Positions 12,701 to 26,979 of a stretch of 64,000 nucleotides of DNA are shown here, one piece after another. The notes under the pieces are model-generated. The model made no database searches, had not been told where the DNA came from, and saw nothing but the letters and a program-made list of their open reading frames with translations. The translations under genes and the position numbers were made by a program. Position 1 is the first letter of the stretch. The number at the start of each line of letters is the position of its first letter. The stretch lies in contig NW_003314264.1 of NCBI RefSeq assembly GCF_000143415.4, forward strand, positions 3,771,229 to 3,835,228, written 5' to 3'. The DNA is from Selaginella moellendorffii. Its lineage: Eukaryota > Plantae > Lycopodiophyta.

Positions 12701-13044
12701 ACGGACTTTCGGCTATCACAGGGGGAATAGCCGCTTTGCTCCTTGTGCATTCTAATCACACAAAACCCCAAAAGCCCCCAACACCAGTGATCTATAGATA
12801 CATTGCATGTACCAATGGAGACAAAAATACTCCCAGCATTTGAGAGATCGAAGCTAGCAATCATCAAATTAATGCGGCCACCCAAATGTTTCGCAATCCG
12901 GTCAAAGCTTGGGGTGGAAAGGTGCGTAAACAAATCAGGCCTGTTTTGAAGAAGTCGCTCCAAGGTCTGAAGGACACGATTTAAGAACCAGAGACAAAAA
13001 AATAAAAGATGGAAGGATGCAAACAAAAGCTTGATACCTGCGTG

Positions 13045-14972
13045 TCAGGAAGAAGTTGCCGCACGCGCCTTTTTGTCGTTGCGAGTCCGCTTTCTTTTCT
13101 CCCTGTGAGTTTCCGTGTACTGCCTCTTGGACAGTAAGTTCTTCATGGCGAGCTCGGCGGCTTGTGCAGCCTCGGCCACCGCTGCCGCCACCGAGACTGA
13201 TGAGTCGGAGGGACTTCCTTGCAATGCCTTGAGCATACGGTCTCCGCCAGGAACTTCGGTATCGTCCAGTGCTTCGTACGAAGACGTGGCGGGAGATTTT
13301 TGTATAACTCGGAGGCGGGTTAACGCAGCAGCAGCGGAAGCTTGGGCGAGTGATGTCAATTCTGTCACCTGTTCCGGTTTCAGTGCTCGATCACCGACTC
13401 CCCTTGTCTCTGCTGCACCAGCAACGAGCCACAGCCTTCCTTTTCTATCGAATTGTAAATCGGTCGGGCATATAGGTTCTTGCCAAGAGATTTTCTAACA
13501 AGACAAAAACAGTCAAGAAAGAAGGAAAAAAGAAAAGAAAAACCATACCTGAAGAAACAAAAGCTTTTTGATACCGAAGTCACAACGAAGTAGGATCACA
13601 CCTGTAAGCCTATGCTTTGCAAAACAGTCAGTCAGTATATGCATGACGCAGGTACCAGAAACAGACACCTCTCAATTGTAGAAGCTACTACAGATCCGCT
13701 GGCTGACATGTTGACAACGGCAGGAGCAACAAATGTATCGGTTTTATCAGTCTGCCCACAACTAAAGGACTTGAGAGAAGGCAGATATATAGCAAAAAAT
13801 AGTAGAAAAGACCTGTAAGAGGTTGGAAATATCAACTGTATCCAGCAGGTACCCCGAAACATGATCCCATAGACGAATCTGTGTTGGGAAAGTACATGCA
13901 AAAAACTTGGTTGTAAATCGAATGTTTAAACTTACCGTAGAGTCGCCTCCTCCGGAAACTAATAACGCTTCAGACGATCCATCACCCACAAATGCAAGGC
14001 AAGATACAAAACTGTAACAAGTTTAGCCCATGTCCACAAAGACAGACGTTGATAGTTGATGTTACCTTGTGTGACCAAGACAGAAGCTCTGGATTTCGTA
14101 AGCTCCTAGCATAGGATTCTTTGGAAGTACACTTACCTGCAAGTGTGGAAGAGTCAGCAGGGAAGAAACCAAAGAGAGCACAGCCTACTGACACGAATTT
14201 TATAGTCTCTATCTGCCGTTACAACAAATTTGCCACAGGGAGACGTCTCCTGCAGACACCCGATTCAAGGATCAGCAAGCGAGTCAGAAGGAGAGCGAAT
14301 AAACCCGACCAGGCTTGTGATTATGCTGCAGCAGTGCGCCAGAAGTTGAGCTGGTTCTTCGTTTGTGTCACTTTTGTCGTCCGCCAGAGTTGGGATAACA
14401 TAAACCACTCCAAATTTGTCCGCGACCAACAGCCACTGGCCATCCCGACTGAAAGCCACAGCGCTGGTTTTCTTGTTCACAGGTCTGTAAGAGTGCTTAA
14501 GATGACGCTTCAACGAACATGAAGAAGAAGAAGAAGAAGAAGAAGAAAGATAACTTACATGGTTTTCGAGCACTTCCACGAGAATGTATCCCAAAGCTTG
14601 ACGAGCTTGTCGTCCCCGGCGGACGCGAAGAATGCACCGTCGTGACTAAATCCAGAAGCTCGAATTGCAGCGCGGTGGCCGGAAGAATCATCAACTGGAG
14701 TCACCGCTTCATTGCTCCTGGAAATAAATCACTCAGCCTCGCAAGCGCCAAGAGCGGAATTCTTACTCTAGATCGAAGACTCGAAATCCAGCTCCCACTG
14801 AGACCACAACCGCGCGAGAATTGGGGTGAATGCTGATAATCGCTGGAGCCATAGCCTGGCTTTGCGAGCCCGGATGGAATTGATCCTCACAAACCTCTTT
14901 CTCCTCCTCATCCTCGAGCTCGTTCTCGTCTCCCTCCGCTTCCGCCGTCGCCAAATCCTCCTCTCCAGCCAT
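13045..14972 (-). CDS. TRM82: tRNA m7G46 methyltransferase non-catalytic WD40 subunit (WDR4/TRM82 homolog), multi-exon
   Basis: Exons encode AVAFSRDGQWLLVADKFGVVY, AHCCSIITSL, LLVSGGGDSTIRLWD and a C-terminal basic REKRKRTRNDKK. Short GT-AG introns. Confidence 0.85.
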
Positions 14973-15118
14973 TGCTAGGGCTTTACTAGGGTATAGTCCG
15001 AGGTGGCATATTTCCCGTGAGTTTGGGACGCCATGTCATAGTCTATAAAGTAAAACTAATGTCAAAGCCATCAACGCGTGGAGAGTAGAGATCTAGTAGC
15101 CTAGGCGCGACCGATTAG

Positions 15119-15868
<750 letters not shown>

Positions 15869-16447
15869 TCAAGTTTGATCGCGTCGGCCTCGTTCTTTTT
15901 TTTACCTCCTTTTTCTCCCCACTCTCTTGCTTCAGCTCTCTTTGTTTTTGTTTGGAAAGTTCTTTCTTTTCTTTCTTTCATGTTAGGACGATTTCACCAC
16001 GTCTCCAAGCTTTAAATTATTGTCCTTCCTTCTCTACGTTTTTAAGATTCTTCGCTAAGTACCAAAGTAATATTTTTACACGCATTGGATGAGCCGTGGT
16101 TGGATTATCAGTAGCTTAACGTGCCGCTTCGTACGTAGTGGCCGCCGCATTTTAATTATTATCTGGACAGTGGTGGCCGTTAGATTCTGCAGATGGACGG
16201 ACGCGGTTGCGCCACGCTCAAAAACGTGATTTCCCCCTCCCTCCAAGCCCTAATTCTAGCGCACTGCTTGCGCAGGGCGCGTGGACTGGAGCCCCGCTGT
16301 TCTTCCCGAGAGAATCATCTCCGCTGGATCTGGCGCTGCTGCACTGTTCTCCTTGCAGCTAGAGAGTAAGCTGCTGCAGAGATTTCGTCCTCCTCGTCGT
16401 CCTCGGGATCTAGGCCTGGAATGAGGTGAGAATTTCGGGAGGAATCG

Positions 16448-18043
16448 ATGAAGGCGTGCAATGGCGATGGCGATGGAGAGAAGCGATCGCGCGGCCCAGA
16501 GTTTGAGCCGGGGCCGATCCCTCCCTTGACGCCCGTGGACAAATACGGCTTCCTGAAGTCGGAGAGCGCCGCCGATGGATCCAACCCGGCGCGCGCAGCG
16601 GATCGCGACAGGTAGCGAGCCTCTGTTTGGAGTTTGTTTGATGGCATTGTCGTGTTCTTGATGGATTGGTTCTTACACGTTTTCTTCTTTGTTTCTTCCT
16701 TGTAGAGAGGATCGAAGGCTCACAAAATGGAGAAAGATGATAGGCACAGGTGGTGCCGACTGGAGGCACTACGTAAGAAGGAAGCCCAATGTGGTAAAGC
16801 GGCGCATCAGGAAAGGTATACCAGATCGGTTGCGAGGACTTGTCTGGCAGTTGATTTCCGGGAGCCGGGACTTGCTGCTCATGAACCAAGGTGTTTATGA
16901 GGTAGCTATGCTTTCGTTTTTTTTCTTCGTTTTTCTTGAGTAGATTCCTCGTTCCTCGTTCTGTTCTTGTCTTTCATGCTTGATGTTTAAGCTTTTCTTC
17001 TGGTGCACTGCGACTACTTTTTTTTTTTCCACTCACGGGGATTCGTTTTTTACGTAGCAACTTGTTCTGTACGAGACTTCGTCCTCGGAGCTGGACATTA
17101 TACGCGACATATCTCGTACTTTTCCGTCGCATGTTTTCTTCCAGCAGCGGCACGGGCCTGGCCAGCGCTCGCTGTACAATGTCTTGAAGGCTTACTCCGT
17201 TTACGACAGAGATGTTGGCTATGTCCAGGTAAGAGCGACACTTTCTCACGCTTGGAAACAATGTTGTTAATCTCCTCGATCATCCATGACCGCAGGGAAT
17301 GGGCTTTTTGGCAGGCTTGCTGCTTTTGTACATGTGTGAGGAGGATGCGTTTTGGTTGCTTGTGGCGCTGTTGAAGGGCGCAGTTCATGCGCCAATGGAA
17401 GGCCTTTACTTGGTTTGTTTCATTGTTTTTTTGGACGTTCTACTGAGATCTAACTGCTTACCTGTAGGCTGGTTTGCCTTTGGTGCAACAGTATCTGTTT
17501 CAATTGGAACGGCTTGTCCGAGAGTATATCCCGAAACTTGGTGCTCATTTCGAAGAGGAAATGATAAACCCAAGCATGTACGCCAGCCAGTGGTTTATCA
17601 CTGTGTTTTCTTATTCCTTTCCGTTCCCGCTAGCTCTTCGGATATGGGACGTTTTTCTGTACGAGGTTTGTATCTCTTTCTTGCTTATCTATTTTTCTTC
17701 TGACGAGTTGCGAGGCTGCTATTATGTTGCAGGGAGTGAAGATTGTGTTTCGAGTAGGACTAGCGCTTCTGAAATACTGTCAAGATGATCTGGTCAAGCT
17801 TCCCTTCGAGAAGCTTGTCCATGCTCTCAGAAATTTCCCGGAGGATGTTCTCCAACCCAATCTTCTGCTACCGATGGCTTACTCGATCAAGGTACTCACA
17901 ACAGCATCGCTCTCAACTTCTCACACGCCTTCGCATCACAGGTTTCGAAGAGGCTGGAGGAACTGAGGCAGGAATACGAACGCATGACTAATTTTTCTAA
18001 ACCAGTGGAAGGCGCGATTGTCAAGAGAAGTTTCAGACGTTGA
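16448..18043 (+). CDS. TBC-domain Rab GTPase-activating protein (EVI5/GYP-like), multi-exon
   Basis: VDKYGF, RIRKGIPDRLRGLVWQ, IIRDISRTFP (arginine finger), GYVQGMGF (glutamine finger), YASQWFITVF, LRIWDVFL. Confidence 0.93.
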
Positions 18044-18157
18044 GAGCTTGAAACAGTGGAAAGTTTCAAGCCCCACTTCCTTTTCTCTTGGCTTCCATCT
18101 CCGAGGTCTCTGGATTTTAGTGGTAGGATCCTCTCGCGGCATTGGTAGCAAACTATG

Positions 18158-19969
18158 TTACAGTCGACCGAGATTTCCAGTGTAAGTATTGGCAACCGAG
18201 ACATAGGACGAAGTATCATCTCTGTTAAGCTCCACAAGCTTTCGTGCTATCTCTCCTCCAAACTCTACGTTCTCGAGAGTTTTACACGAGGCAAGCAGTG
18301 CTCCATAATCTGGAATTCGCGGAGTGTATGGCATCGTGCGGACGAGATTGGCCGCGCATTCCAAGTGTCCAGATCGGCCCAGAATGTCCAGCATGCCGCT
18401 GTAGTGCTCCCTCAGCGGTTGGATCCCATAGTCATTCTGGAACGAAATGACCACCTGCCGTGCGATCTCCACCAGGCCTTGGTGCGTGCACGCCGTGAGG
18501 ACGCTCGAGATGGAAACCTCGTCTGGGATTCCGGCGGCCAATTGCATCTCCCGGAAGAGCTCGATCGCTTCCCTGCCGCGCCCGGAATGCGCAGCTGCCG
18601 CGATCACAGTGTTCCAAGATCCCAGATCGCGCTGCGGCATTCGATCGAAGATCAGGATCGCCAATTCCACGTCGCGAGTGAGCGAGGCGAGAAGGGTGTT
18701 CCAGGAATCGACATTGCGCTCCGGCATCTCGTGGAAGAGCGCCATCGCGCGGTGGGATTGCAGGTTTTGCGTGTAGGCCGCCAGCATCGCGTTCCAGGAG
18801 ACGAGGCTGTGGCTGGGCATGGAATCAAACAGCGATTTGGCGTCGCCCAGGTAGCCGGATCGCGAGAATGCGACGAGCAGCGTCGTCCAGGAGACTGGAT
18901 TCCTCTCCGGCATGCGATCAAACAGGAGCTTTGCTTGTTCCAGATGCCCATTTTGGGCGTAGGCTTGCAGCATTCCCGTGGAGGAGACGACGTTTTGCTC
19001 CGGCATCGCGGAGAAGACCTTGGCGGCCTCTTCCACTCGCCCGGCTCGAGAGAATCCCACCAGGAGCGTCGTCCACGACACAATGTCCCACTCGCGCATC
19101 CTTTCGAAGAGATCGACTGCCCTGTTCATCGAATTCTTGAGAGTGTACGCTGCTAGCATCGTGTTGATGGAGACGAGGTTTCTCTCGGGCATGGAAGCGA
19201 AGAGTTCTTGCGCGAGCTCGAGATTGTTCGTCCTAGCGGCGACGATCTCGCCGATAACATCGTTGGATGTAGTAGCAAAAGCGTGAAGCAGGCCATTCCA
19301 CACCACCAGCGACCATTCGGGCATCCGGTGGAGCAAAGTCACGGCCTCGCCAAGATCCCCAGCCCGGGCAATTGCGATCACGATAGCGGTCCATGAGATT
19401 ATGTTTCGCTCTGGCATCAAATCGAAGATCTTTCTCGCGCCATGAAGATCTTCGTTTTCAAGAAACGATCCGAGAATCGAGTTGTACGTGACGGCATCCC
19501 ACTCTGGCATTGAATCAAAGGTAAATTTTGCTTTATACAAATGCCCTTTTGCGTTATATGCGTCGATCATAGTTGTCCAGGAGACTATGTTTCTATACGG
19601 CATAGCGTCAAATATTTTTTTCACTGTTTCTACTTGACCATAGTCCTTGTACGCTGTCATTATAGTCGTCCAGGATATCACTGTTTTACTTGGCATAGCA
19701 TTGAAGAAAGCACTTGCTTCGTCCAAATGCCCTTTCGTGGCATATGCCGAAAGCATGATATTCCAGGAGAAAGAATTGGGTGCGTGAATGGCATCGAAGA
19801 CGCGACGAGCAGCCTCGACGCTGCCGCATCGCCCATACATTTGGACGATAAGATTGGAGATGTAAGCGTCTTGTTGGCAGTTAAATCTCCCCGACGCTTC
19901 GGTGTGGAGAATTTCGGCCTCGTCGGGAGATACGCAAGCTCGAAGGCGCTGAGCGAAGGCCTCAACCAT
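18158..19969 (-). CDS. PLS-class PPR protein with E domain, no DYW
   Basis: 603-aa intronless ORF. Tandem 31-aa motifs (MPERNVVSWT...), then HYSGMLDILGRSG...MPYTP...ALLASC. Confidence 0.92.
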   Translation of the reverse strand: MVEAFAQRLRACVSPDEAEILHTEASGRFNCQQDAYISNLIVQMYGRCGSVEAARRVFDAIHAPNSFSWNIMLSAYATKGHLDEASAFFNAMPSKTVISWTTIMTAYKDYGQVETVKKIFDAMPYRNIVSWTTMIDAYNAKGHLYKAKFTFDSMPEWDAVTYNSILGSFLENEDLHGARKIFDLMPERNIISWTAIVIAIARAGDLGEAVTLLHRMPEWSLVVWNGLLHAFATTSNDVIGEIVAARTNNLELAQELFASMPERNLVSINTMLAAYTLKNSMNRAVDLFERMREWDIVSWTTLLVGFSRAGRVEEAAKVFSAMPEQNVVSSTGMLQAYAQNGHLEQAKLLFDRMPERNPVSWTTLLVAFSRSGYLGDAKSLFDSMPSHSLVSWNAMLAAYTQNLQSHRAMALFHEMPERNVDSWNTLLASLTRDVELAILIFDRMPQRDLGSWNTVIAAAAHSGRGREAIELFREMQLAAGIPDEVSISSVLTACTHQGLVEIARQVVISFQNDYGIQPLREHYSGMLDILGRSGHLECAANLVRTMPYTPRIPDYGALLASCKTLENVEFGGEIARKLVELNRDDTSSYVSVANTYTGNLGRL

Positions 19970-20015
19970 GAAATTGGGATCTTACATTGCCTACATTTGC
20001 CGCTAGAACGAGGTT

Positions 20016-20024
20016 TTAGGGTTT
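20016..20024 (-). promoter_or_regulatory. Telo-box (AAACCCTAA) in the 64-bp PPR/INTS7 divergent spacer
   Basis: TTAGGGTTT on plus. Similar boxes at 28207-28215 and ~43150-43183 lie in other divergent promoters. Confidence 0.55.
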
Positions 20025-20033
20025 TTTGTAGCA

Positions 20034-23000
20034 ATGAAGGAGATAGGCGCCATGAAGGCGCTGGCGTGGTACCGGGAGCTCGACATGGATTATCGATCCT
20101 TGAAAACAGGTCTGATCGATTTCTTTCTCTTCCTAGCGCAGCATTCGACTCCTTCGATCTCTCTCTCAGGTGGACAATGCGAGGCGATCATGAATCTAGC
20201 CCCGCGGCTGCTGCAGTGGAGCCTGGAGCCCCCGGCTAACCAGGCCGCCGCCGATCACTTTGGGCTGGATCCCGGCCAGGACCTAGCGTCCGCCAACGCG
20301 ATCTTCTCGCGGCTCGCGGACTCTTTCAAGAATGGCAGCAATGTCATCCGGCTGTGCATTCTCAAGGTACTTCTCTATGTGTACAGAGGCCACAGGAAGG
20401 CCAGGACGTCGAGTAAGTCCTTGCTTAGCGGTGAAAGGATCTCCGACTACGTGGAGGTGTTGAAGAAGGTGAAGGCCGTTGCTAGGAGCACCGATCTCAC
20501 AGCTCGGTGTCTCGCCATCCGGGCTCTTGGATGCTTGGCTCAGCTCGACTGTGATAGCAGTGACTTGCATCGGCTTGTTCTACTGTCGATGGACTCCACT
20601 CACGAGCAGGAGGTAGTACGTTTGATTTGATCCTACTGCTGTGAAAACTTGGTGAAAAACTTGTTTTTTTAATTTGTAGGTGGAGGCTGCATTCTTTGCC
20701 GCGGGGTGTTTCTCCGAGAACTCGCCATCTTTTGCTGCTATGTGCTCCAGAAAGCTGAAGAGGGTATTGGAAACATCAACTAGCCTCGACTTTGCGGCAA
20801 TTCGTGTTTTGTCCAAAATGTGGATATCATCTGCAGTGGCGGCTGACGTTCACAAGGCAAGAGTTTGTTTGTTCTGTTTTTTCTTGTGGTTTGGATTTGC
20901 TAATTTTTTTGTGTGCTAGTTTGGAGAAGAGATGCTGCTTAAGCATCCCAACGACGAGGTTGCAAAGGTGACGCTAGCTGCTCTGAGCAACCTCGCCGGG
21001 AAGGCGAAATTATTACTTCCATCTCACGTTCGTCTGCTACTGGAGTATGCCAATTCGGATCGTGGAGCGTCTGTCCAGATGCTTTCGCTGGTTTATCTGA
21101 CCAAGTTATTACCTCAATCGATATATTACTTGGAATCTGTGGAGCAGGAGCTTGTGCCGCTCTTTACAGTGGTCAAAGATACGAACAAGCCATCTGTGAT
21201 ACGCTTACAAGCGTTGCGTCTTCTTCAAAAGGTAACCAGCCTCTCGGCCTCTTTCTGTTATTGAATTTTTCTTTTGTGCAAGGTGGCAACGAATTATCCT
21301 ATAGAATGTTTGAGCGAATTCATTTCTCTCGGGGAAGTGAATTCTCAAGACGGAGAGTGGTCTGTCAGTTTTCAAGCGCTCCGCCTGCTCGTAGAGCTTG
21401 TTTGCAAGCTTGAGCGCTCCAGACAATCATCGGACTCGGAGGTTACTGAACTCTTGAAGAAGATATCTTCACTACTTTGCCATCGTTTTATCACGTCTCC
21501 TGATGGTGCTGCCGTTCATTGCTACCGTTTGACTCTGAGACTGGTCATAAACTCTACGAAAGCCTGCTATATTCTTGTGGAATCTCTTGCTCAGAAGCTT
21601 CAGTCCACTATCACGAAGGACGAAGAACAAAACGACGTCTCCGGCGATACTGTCATGCGTGACGCGACCGACGATTCATCAAATATATCTCTACTGGAGC
21701 CTACTTGTCGCTGCTTACTTATCTGTGCGACAAACCTGGATTTGAACGACTCGAAGATGACCACGATTTGCGAGCGGGTCACACAGGTTTCTCAGCTCCT
21801 GAGCTCTTCCGGTGCTTACGAGAAAGTCTACATGGGCCTACTTCCAGCGGTTTTCAAGGTATCTTTGCTCGAAGGTTTAGATACTCCAGAGTATGCGCAA
21901 AAAGCTGCCGAGGCATTGGTGCAGTCATCAAAGTTTTGGCCTGCATATAAACTTGCAAAGACCGCCTGCATCTTTGGACAGTGGGACATCGCCGAAGGCA
22001 TTTACCGAGTTATCTGCGATGTAGTCACGTCCGAGGCGTGCTATTTCTGGCTCAAGGCTCTTTTACAGCTATGCTCCGCTGAAAAGCTCTGGTCTAGAAC
22101 ACCAGGAGACGCAGGAAACACGACATTTGTGGAAACAGGTTGTCAATCTCTACAGATGCTAAAATCATCGGTAAAATCATTGGAAGCCGGAGTTCAGCTG
22201 GACAGGTCTATAGAGTTTGAGTTTCAACGTCGGTTTGTGAGGCTTCGAATCCGACTATTGCAAATCATGATGGAAGCTGTCGCGCTTTGCAACTCGGTTC
22301 TTCAACATCAGCGTGTACATGGCGGGGATCTTACTTCCAAGGGACTTCTTTTGACCTGTTACGGAAAGGCGCAGCTGCTTGCGTCAGACTTCCAGGTTCT
22401 CGCTGGGGATTTCTACATCTTAAGTATTTCCTTCATCGGCATTGACAACGGCAGCCTAGAACTTTTATACGCCAGGATGTTTCAATCCTCTCTCCTGGCG
22501 TTTTGTACAGCTTTTGCGTTTCTACCATGGCGCAGAAACACTTCCAACGGTTTGAAACGCTCGAGGACGACGGCTTTCAGTTTCACTTACAAGGCGGACG
22601 TGTTTGAAGAAGTTGCCCGCTTTATCCAGGGACGTACTATGCTGCAGCAGTTCCACGACGTGCTGGGACGCATCGCTGTTGGAGATTTACGCTACAGACG
22701 CAACGTTCCTTGGTTTAAAACACAACCAGCTACGCAGGTTGTAAAGAGTGTGTGGAAGCAGGCCTTGCATCTGAAGTTCTCCGAGTCGAACGGGGCTACG
22801 TGGACTCAGGAGAAAGGTATTCCATTCTTAAACGAAGCTATGCGTCAGCTGTTCCGTGAGGAATATGTGCTGCCTAGATACTTCTTCAACTCGAGGTAAG
22901 CAGATATTCTACAATACTTTTTTGTTAACTGAATGTTCCTCTGCTTCCAGGCCTCGAACGCAGCTGCGGTTGCATGCCCATACAAAAGAGCGTTATTTTA

Positions 23001-23395
23001 GTGTTCCCAGGGGCTCGCCTCTCTCTTTAAGTCTCGGCCTGGAGGTAATTAATCTACCAGCAGGTTTTGAGCTGAAGAGGTTGTCTTGCGTGCTCGCGCT
23101 TTCCGGTTCTACGCAGCATGTCTCGAATTTTACTCGTGACACCAAAGACCATGTTCTTCTGAAATGGCTGGCTGGTCGAGACAACGTGTCAGAGTCAGAG
23201 AATACTCTAGCGTTCATTTCTTCGTCTCTGGAAGGCGAGCAGACCCAGGGGTTGTGTTCGTGTACTATAGATGTCTCGAATCTTTCGCCAGGAGTTTACC
23301 AAGTATCATCACACTTATCCGTCTGCACAGACAAAAGAGGTGTACAGTGGATGCTGAAGGGACCGCGCTTCGATCAAAAGTTTAAAGTTGTATAG
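20034..23395 (+). CDS. INTS7: Integrator complex subunit 7 homolog (ARM-repeat, DSP1-like), multi-exon
   Basis: RLADSFKNGSNVIRLCILKV, ARCLAIRALGCLA, EQEVEAAFFAAGCF, WPAYKLAKTAC, LPRYFF. The exon chain joins with short introns. Confidence 0.8.
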
Positions 23396-23522
23396 CTACA
23401 AGGTACTTATTATGAATTATAATAACTCGTCTCATTGTTTTTGTTCGATTTTCAGCGCAGTCGAAAGCAAAAATACGAGATTTCACTGAAGAGAACTTCA
23501 TTTACAAATGACGCGCTTCCAG

Positions 23523-24757
23523 CTATTTTGATTCTTCAGGTAAATTCTCCTGGCTCATCGTCATCTCTGGGATCTCACTGGCTAGTCCCCAGAGGTAGGC
23601 CACTGATCCAACGTATGGAACATAGCTTAGCAGACTCACCATCTTTCGCATTCGCAGGCCTTCAACCTTCTTCAAGTTGCTCTGAACGAGCCAGGCTTGG
23701 AATATCGAATAAAGGAAGACGTCCCAGAGAAAAGCATATGCAACACGGTCTGTTCCTATATAATGGAGAAAATAGTCCCAGCGATCAACGATGTTCCCAA
23801 ATCCTGCGTCAGGTCTGCCTCCCAAGCCCCAGGCTATCGATAGTGCACCAACTGTTCCACCGACTAAAGCGATTGGTTTTGCTGCAGATAGTGCTGCTTG
23901 GCAGAATTTGCTTGGTGATTTGGACTTTGTAGGAACCTGTTCGTTCAACCGAATAGCCATGTAAGGTATGAGAAAGGCTGCAGTCATGTCTTTCATAGTT
24001 AGTGCTTTTCTTACGCGAAGCTCGTTTTACCGTTCGTCAGAAACCACTGTCCCGCCCAGAGTGCTTCCAAGGACCCTTTGAACCGGTTGTTTCGAGCGTC
24101 AGAAAAGATAATGGGTCCGAAGAGCAGAGTCCATCCCATAACGACGTTGAAGAGCGCCTCGGCAGCCTATGGTTCCAAAATGTATGGTGGTGAGTAAATC
24201 TATGGTGGCTTTGTGAGGATGTACTCACCGGGTGAATCACAGGAGCGGTTACTACGTGAAATCCAGCTGAAGAAGAGAACTGAACGTCAGAGATAAAATT
24301 GTGCCATACACACCAGCATTGGCGATAGGTAGTACAAAGAAGAAGTTTAGTGATAGTTGGAAAAGCATTGACAACGTTTCTTGGTCGATTGCCCATGCAG
24401 GATCTCCCTGGCAGCAAGAAGCTCAAAAAATCAAGGAAGAAGGGAAAAGAGCCGAGCTCTCACTGGTGCATATGGGAGAATGAACAGCCAGACAGCGTAG
24501 AAGCCAGTCATGCTCCATAAAACGAGCCGGAGCGCGGCATTGCTGACGAATCCTTCGTCCGGCGCTCGCCTAGCTTTGCAGACTACATTTCTTTCGACTG
24601 GACCGTCTCGACGGTAGGCTTTCGCAATTCTGCAGCTTACTAACCTGTGATCTCTTGTGTGAAGCCACAGAAGTGCTTGGTGTCGTGGAATAACGCACTG
24701 CTTGTAACGTAAGCCCGAGCTCGGAGCTGCGGAAAGTATGACGCTCGCCATAACCAT
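23523..24757 (-). CDS. Conserved uncharacterised multi-pass membrane protein with probable plastid transit peptide, multi-exon
   Basis: S/R-rich N-terminus, then hydrophobic exons: LPYAPGDPAWAI, SLNFFFVLP, EALFNVVMGWTLLF, FLIPYMAIRL, DRVAYAFLWD. Confidence 0.75.
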
Positions 24758-24814
24758 TTATAAAATGCTTTGTGTAGGGTTCCTTTGCCGCAGGGGGAGA
24801 GCTTTCATCAAGCG

Positions 24815-25630
24815 ATGAAACCACCACGAGCAATCTTGCTCGTGGCTGTGCTGGGCGCCATAGCTCATCTCATTAGAGGTACTCTTTCTTTTGCGGCATT
24901 TTAGTTGACTCTAGCGCTTGTGTGGCCACCAGGAAACGAAGTTGTGAAGTTTGCTAGAACGCTTGAGGGTAGTGGTTCGCACCGGGAGCTCAAAACCGAT
25001 ATCAGCCTGCAACTGGATGACAAGTTCCAGGGAGACTCGTGCAGGCTCTCCTTGGTAGAAAATCTCCCAAGCTCCGTTTTTGCCGATACGTTCCAACTCC
25101 AGCGCTTAACTCGGATGGGAAGTAAGTAACTCGTGTATGAAATCCCCCCCGAAGTGATGCAAAAGATGTGTTTTTGCAGGATATGAAGCAGCCCATGTAT
25201 CCGGTGATCTCGATCTGGAGAGGCCAGCGTTTTTCTCTGGACCAGTCACCGTGAGAATACAAGTCTCGCTGGATCAAAACGCGAACGTCTTCCATGCCGA
25301 GACTTCACTCCCTTTACACGCTCGTTATGCGGTAAGTTACATTTTTAATGTGCTACTAACCGAGTGTTTGTTCGTTCCTGGCAGCCACTAGGCATTGACA
25401 GCTACCACCTCATAAACTTGAGCTCTCCATCCGTGGCCGTGAGCTGCAAGAAGAATGCGGAAGAACTCCAACTCGAGCTCGCTGCAAGCGAAGAAGTCCA
25501 ATGGCCAATTCCAGCAGGGAACCCCGACGACGCCAGCACTGTGAATCGATTCACGGCGCTGGCCGCCGCTGCAGGGACGCTGGTCCTTTGCAGCATCTCA
25601 GTCATGAAGAAGAGGTGTCCTTGGTGTTGA
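24815..25630 (+). CDS. PIGX: GPI mannosyltransferase I regulatory subunit PIG-X/PBN1 homolog, multi-exon
   Basis: Signal peptide, RTLEGSGSHREL, ENLPSSVFADTFQL, DLDLERPA, PLHARYA, WPIPAGN, C-terminal TM helix. Confidence 0.8.
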
Positions 25631-25726
25631 TTTCTCCTCTCTCTCTCTCTCGCTCGCGCGGAAAGTAAATGTTATCTTTTTTGGCACACACCTCACCACC
25701 TCGAAAGTAGGGTAGTAATTCTAGAA

Positions 25727-26803
25727 ATGGCTGACGAGAGGGAGAAGGTATGGTTCGTCCGCGTCATACACAAGCCCGTCCGCTTCTCACACCTGGTATG
25801 TTCTAGCTTCCGCATGAATCATAGCGAAAACTCCAAACTTTTCTTGATTCTCTAGTCGGTTCCAAGGCGGCTCGCGAAGGACCAGCTCAAGAAGTTGTGC
25901 AACACCACCGTGTTCCTCCAGGACGAGCGCGGCCAGGAGTGGCCAATCGGCACCAACGAGCACGCCTACTTCTGCTCGGGCTGGAACCGCCTCGCACGCG
26001 ACAAGAGCCTCAAGGGAGGCGAGGTCATCCTCTTCATGCACGAAGGCCGCGGCCGCCTCCGCTTCAAGATCTTCGCCGCCGATGGAGCGGACCGCCAGGA
26101 CTTCGGGACCGAGAGGTTCTGCGGGAGGCCACCCCGGATTGGGGGCTCCAAGCACCGAAAGATCGTCCGGAAGCCCAGGATCGTCAAGAAACCAGCGCCG
26201 AAGCTGGCGGTGCCGGTTTGCGTCCAGGCCGTGGTGAAAGAAGAAGTAGAGGAGAGTGGAATGCTCGGTGATGCAGAGCCAGCAGTAGTAGCTATGGCGG
26301 AAGAACAATCTCCAGACGATCACGAGCCGGCAGTAGAACCATCTCCAGAGCTCCCCCATCACCGTGAAAGCTCCCCTCCTTTTCTCGAGCGGAACTTGAG
26401 GAGCCGGCCGCCGCTGGTGAGATCGAAGCTCCACCTCCACCGCCTCGCCATGGACGCGGCGCTGGCGTACAAATCTGACAAGCCAACGTTTATAGTCAAG
26501 ATACAAGGCGACGAGACGGTTCTGGTAAGAGACAACGTTTACCTCGCAAGATGACTGGATGACTTTTTTTTCCAGAGTGTGAGGAGGGAGTTTGCCGAAA
26601 GATATCTTCCTCGCAAGCCCGCCACGACCAGCGTGGTGGACGGGGATTCGACGCTGTGGACGGTCAAGTGGCTGGGAATTCGAGCGTGCGTCCTGGGTGC
26701 CGGGTGGCCAGAGTTTGCGAGGCATCACGTCCTGAAGAAGCTGGACATATGTCTGTTCGAACTCATCACCCAGAGAGCCTTCCAAGTTCGGATCTACAGG
26801 TAG
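25727..26803 (+). CDS. Two-B3-domain DNA-binding protein (REM-like), three exons
   Basis: B3-1: LQDERGQEWP...FCSGWNRLARDKSLKGGEVILF. B3-2: DGDSTLWTVKW...LGAGWPEFARHHVLKKLDICLFEL. Basic/acidic linker. Confidence 0.85.
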
Positions 26804-26979
26804 AAAAACCAAAGCGACAAGCATCAAAATGCAACTGGCTTTAGGAATGCCAGGCTTTATAGATATGGTTTCTCTTGCATCACAATCACAGTACCTGTAT
26901 CTCACAAAACCGAAACTTTGCGTTTCTTCTGCCTCAATCCGAGGACCGTGCACACGCGAGAATTGTTGCTGGCATGGCG

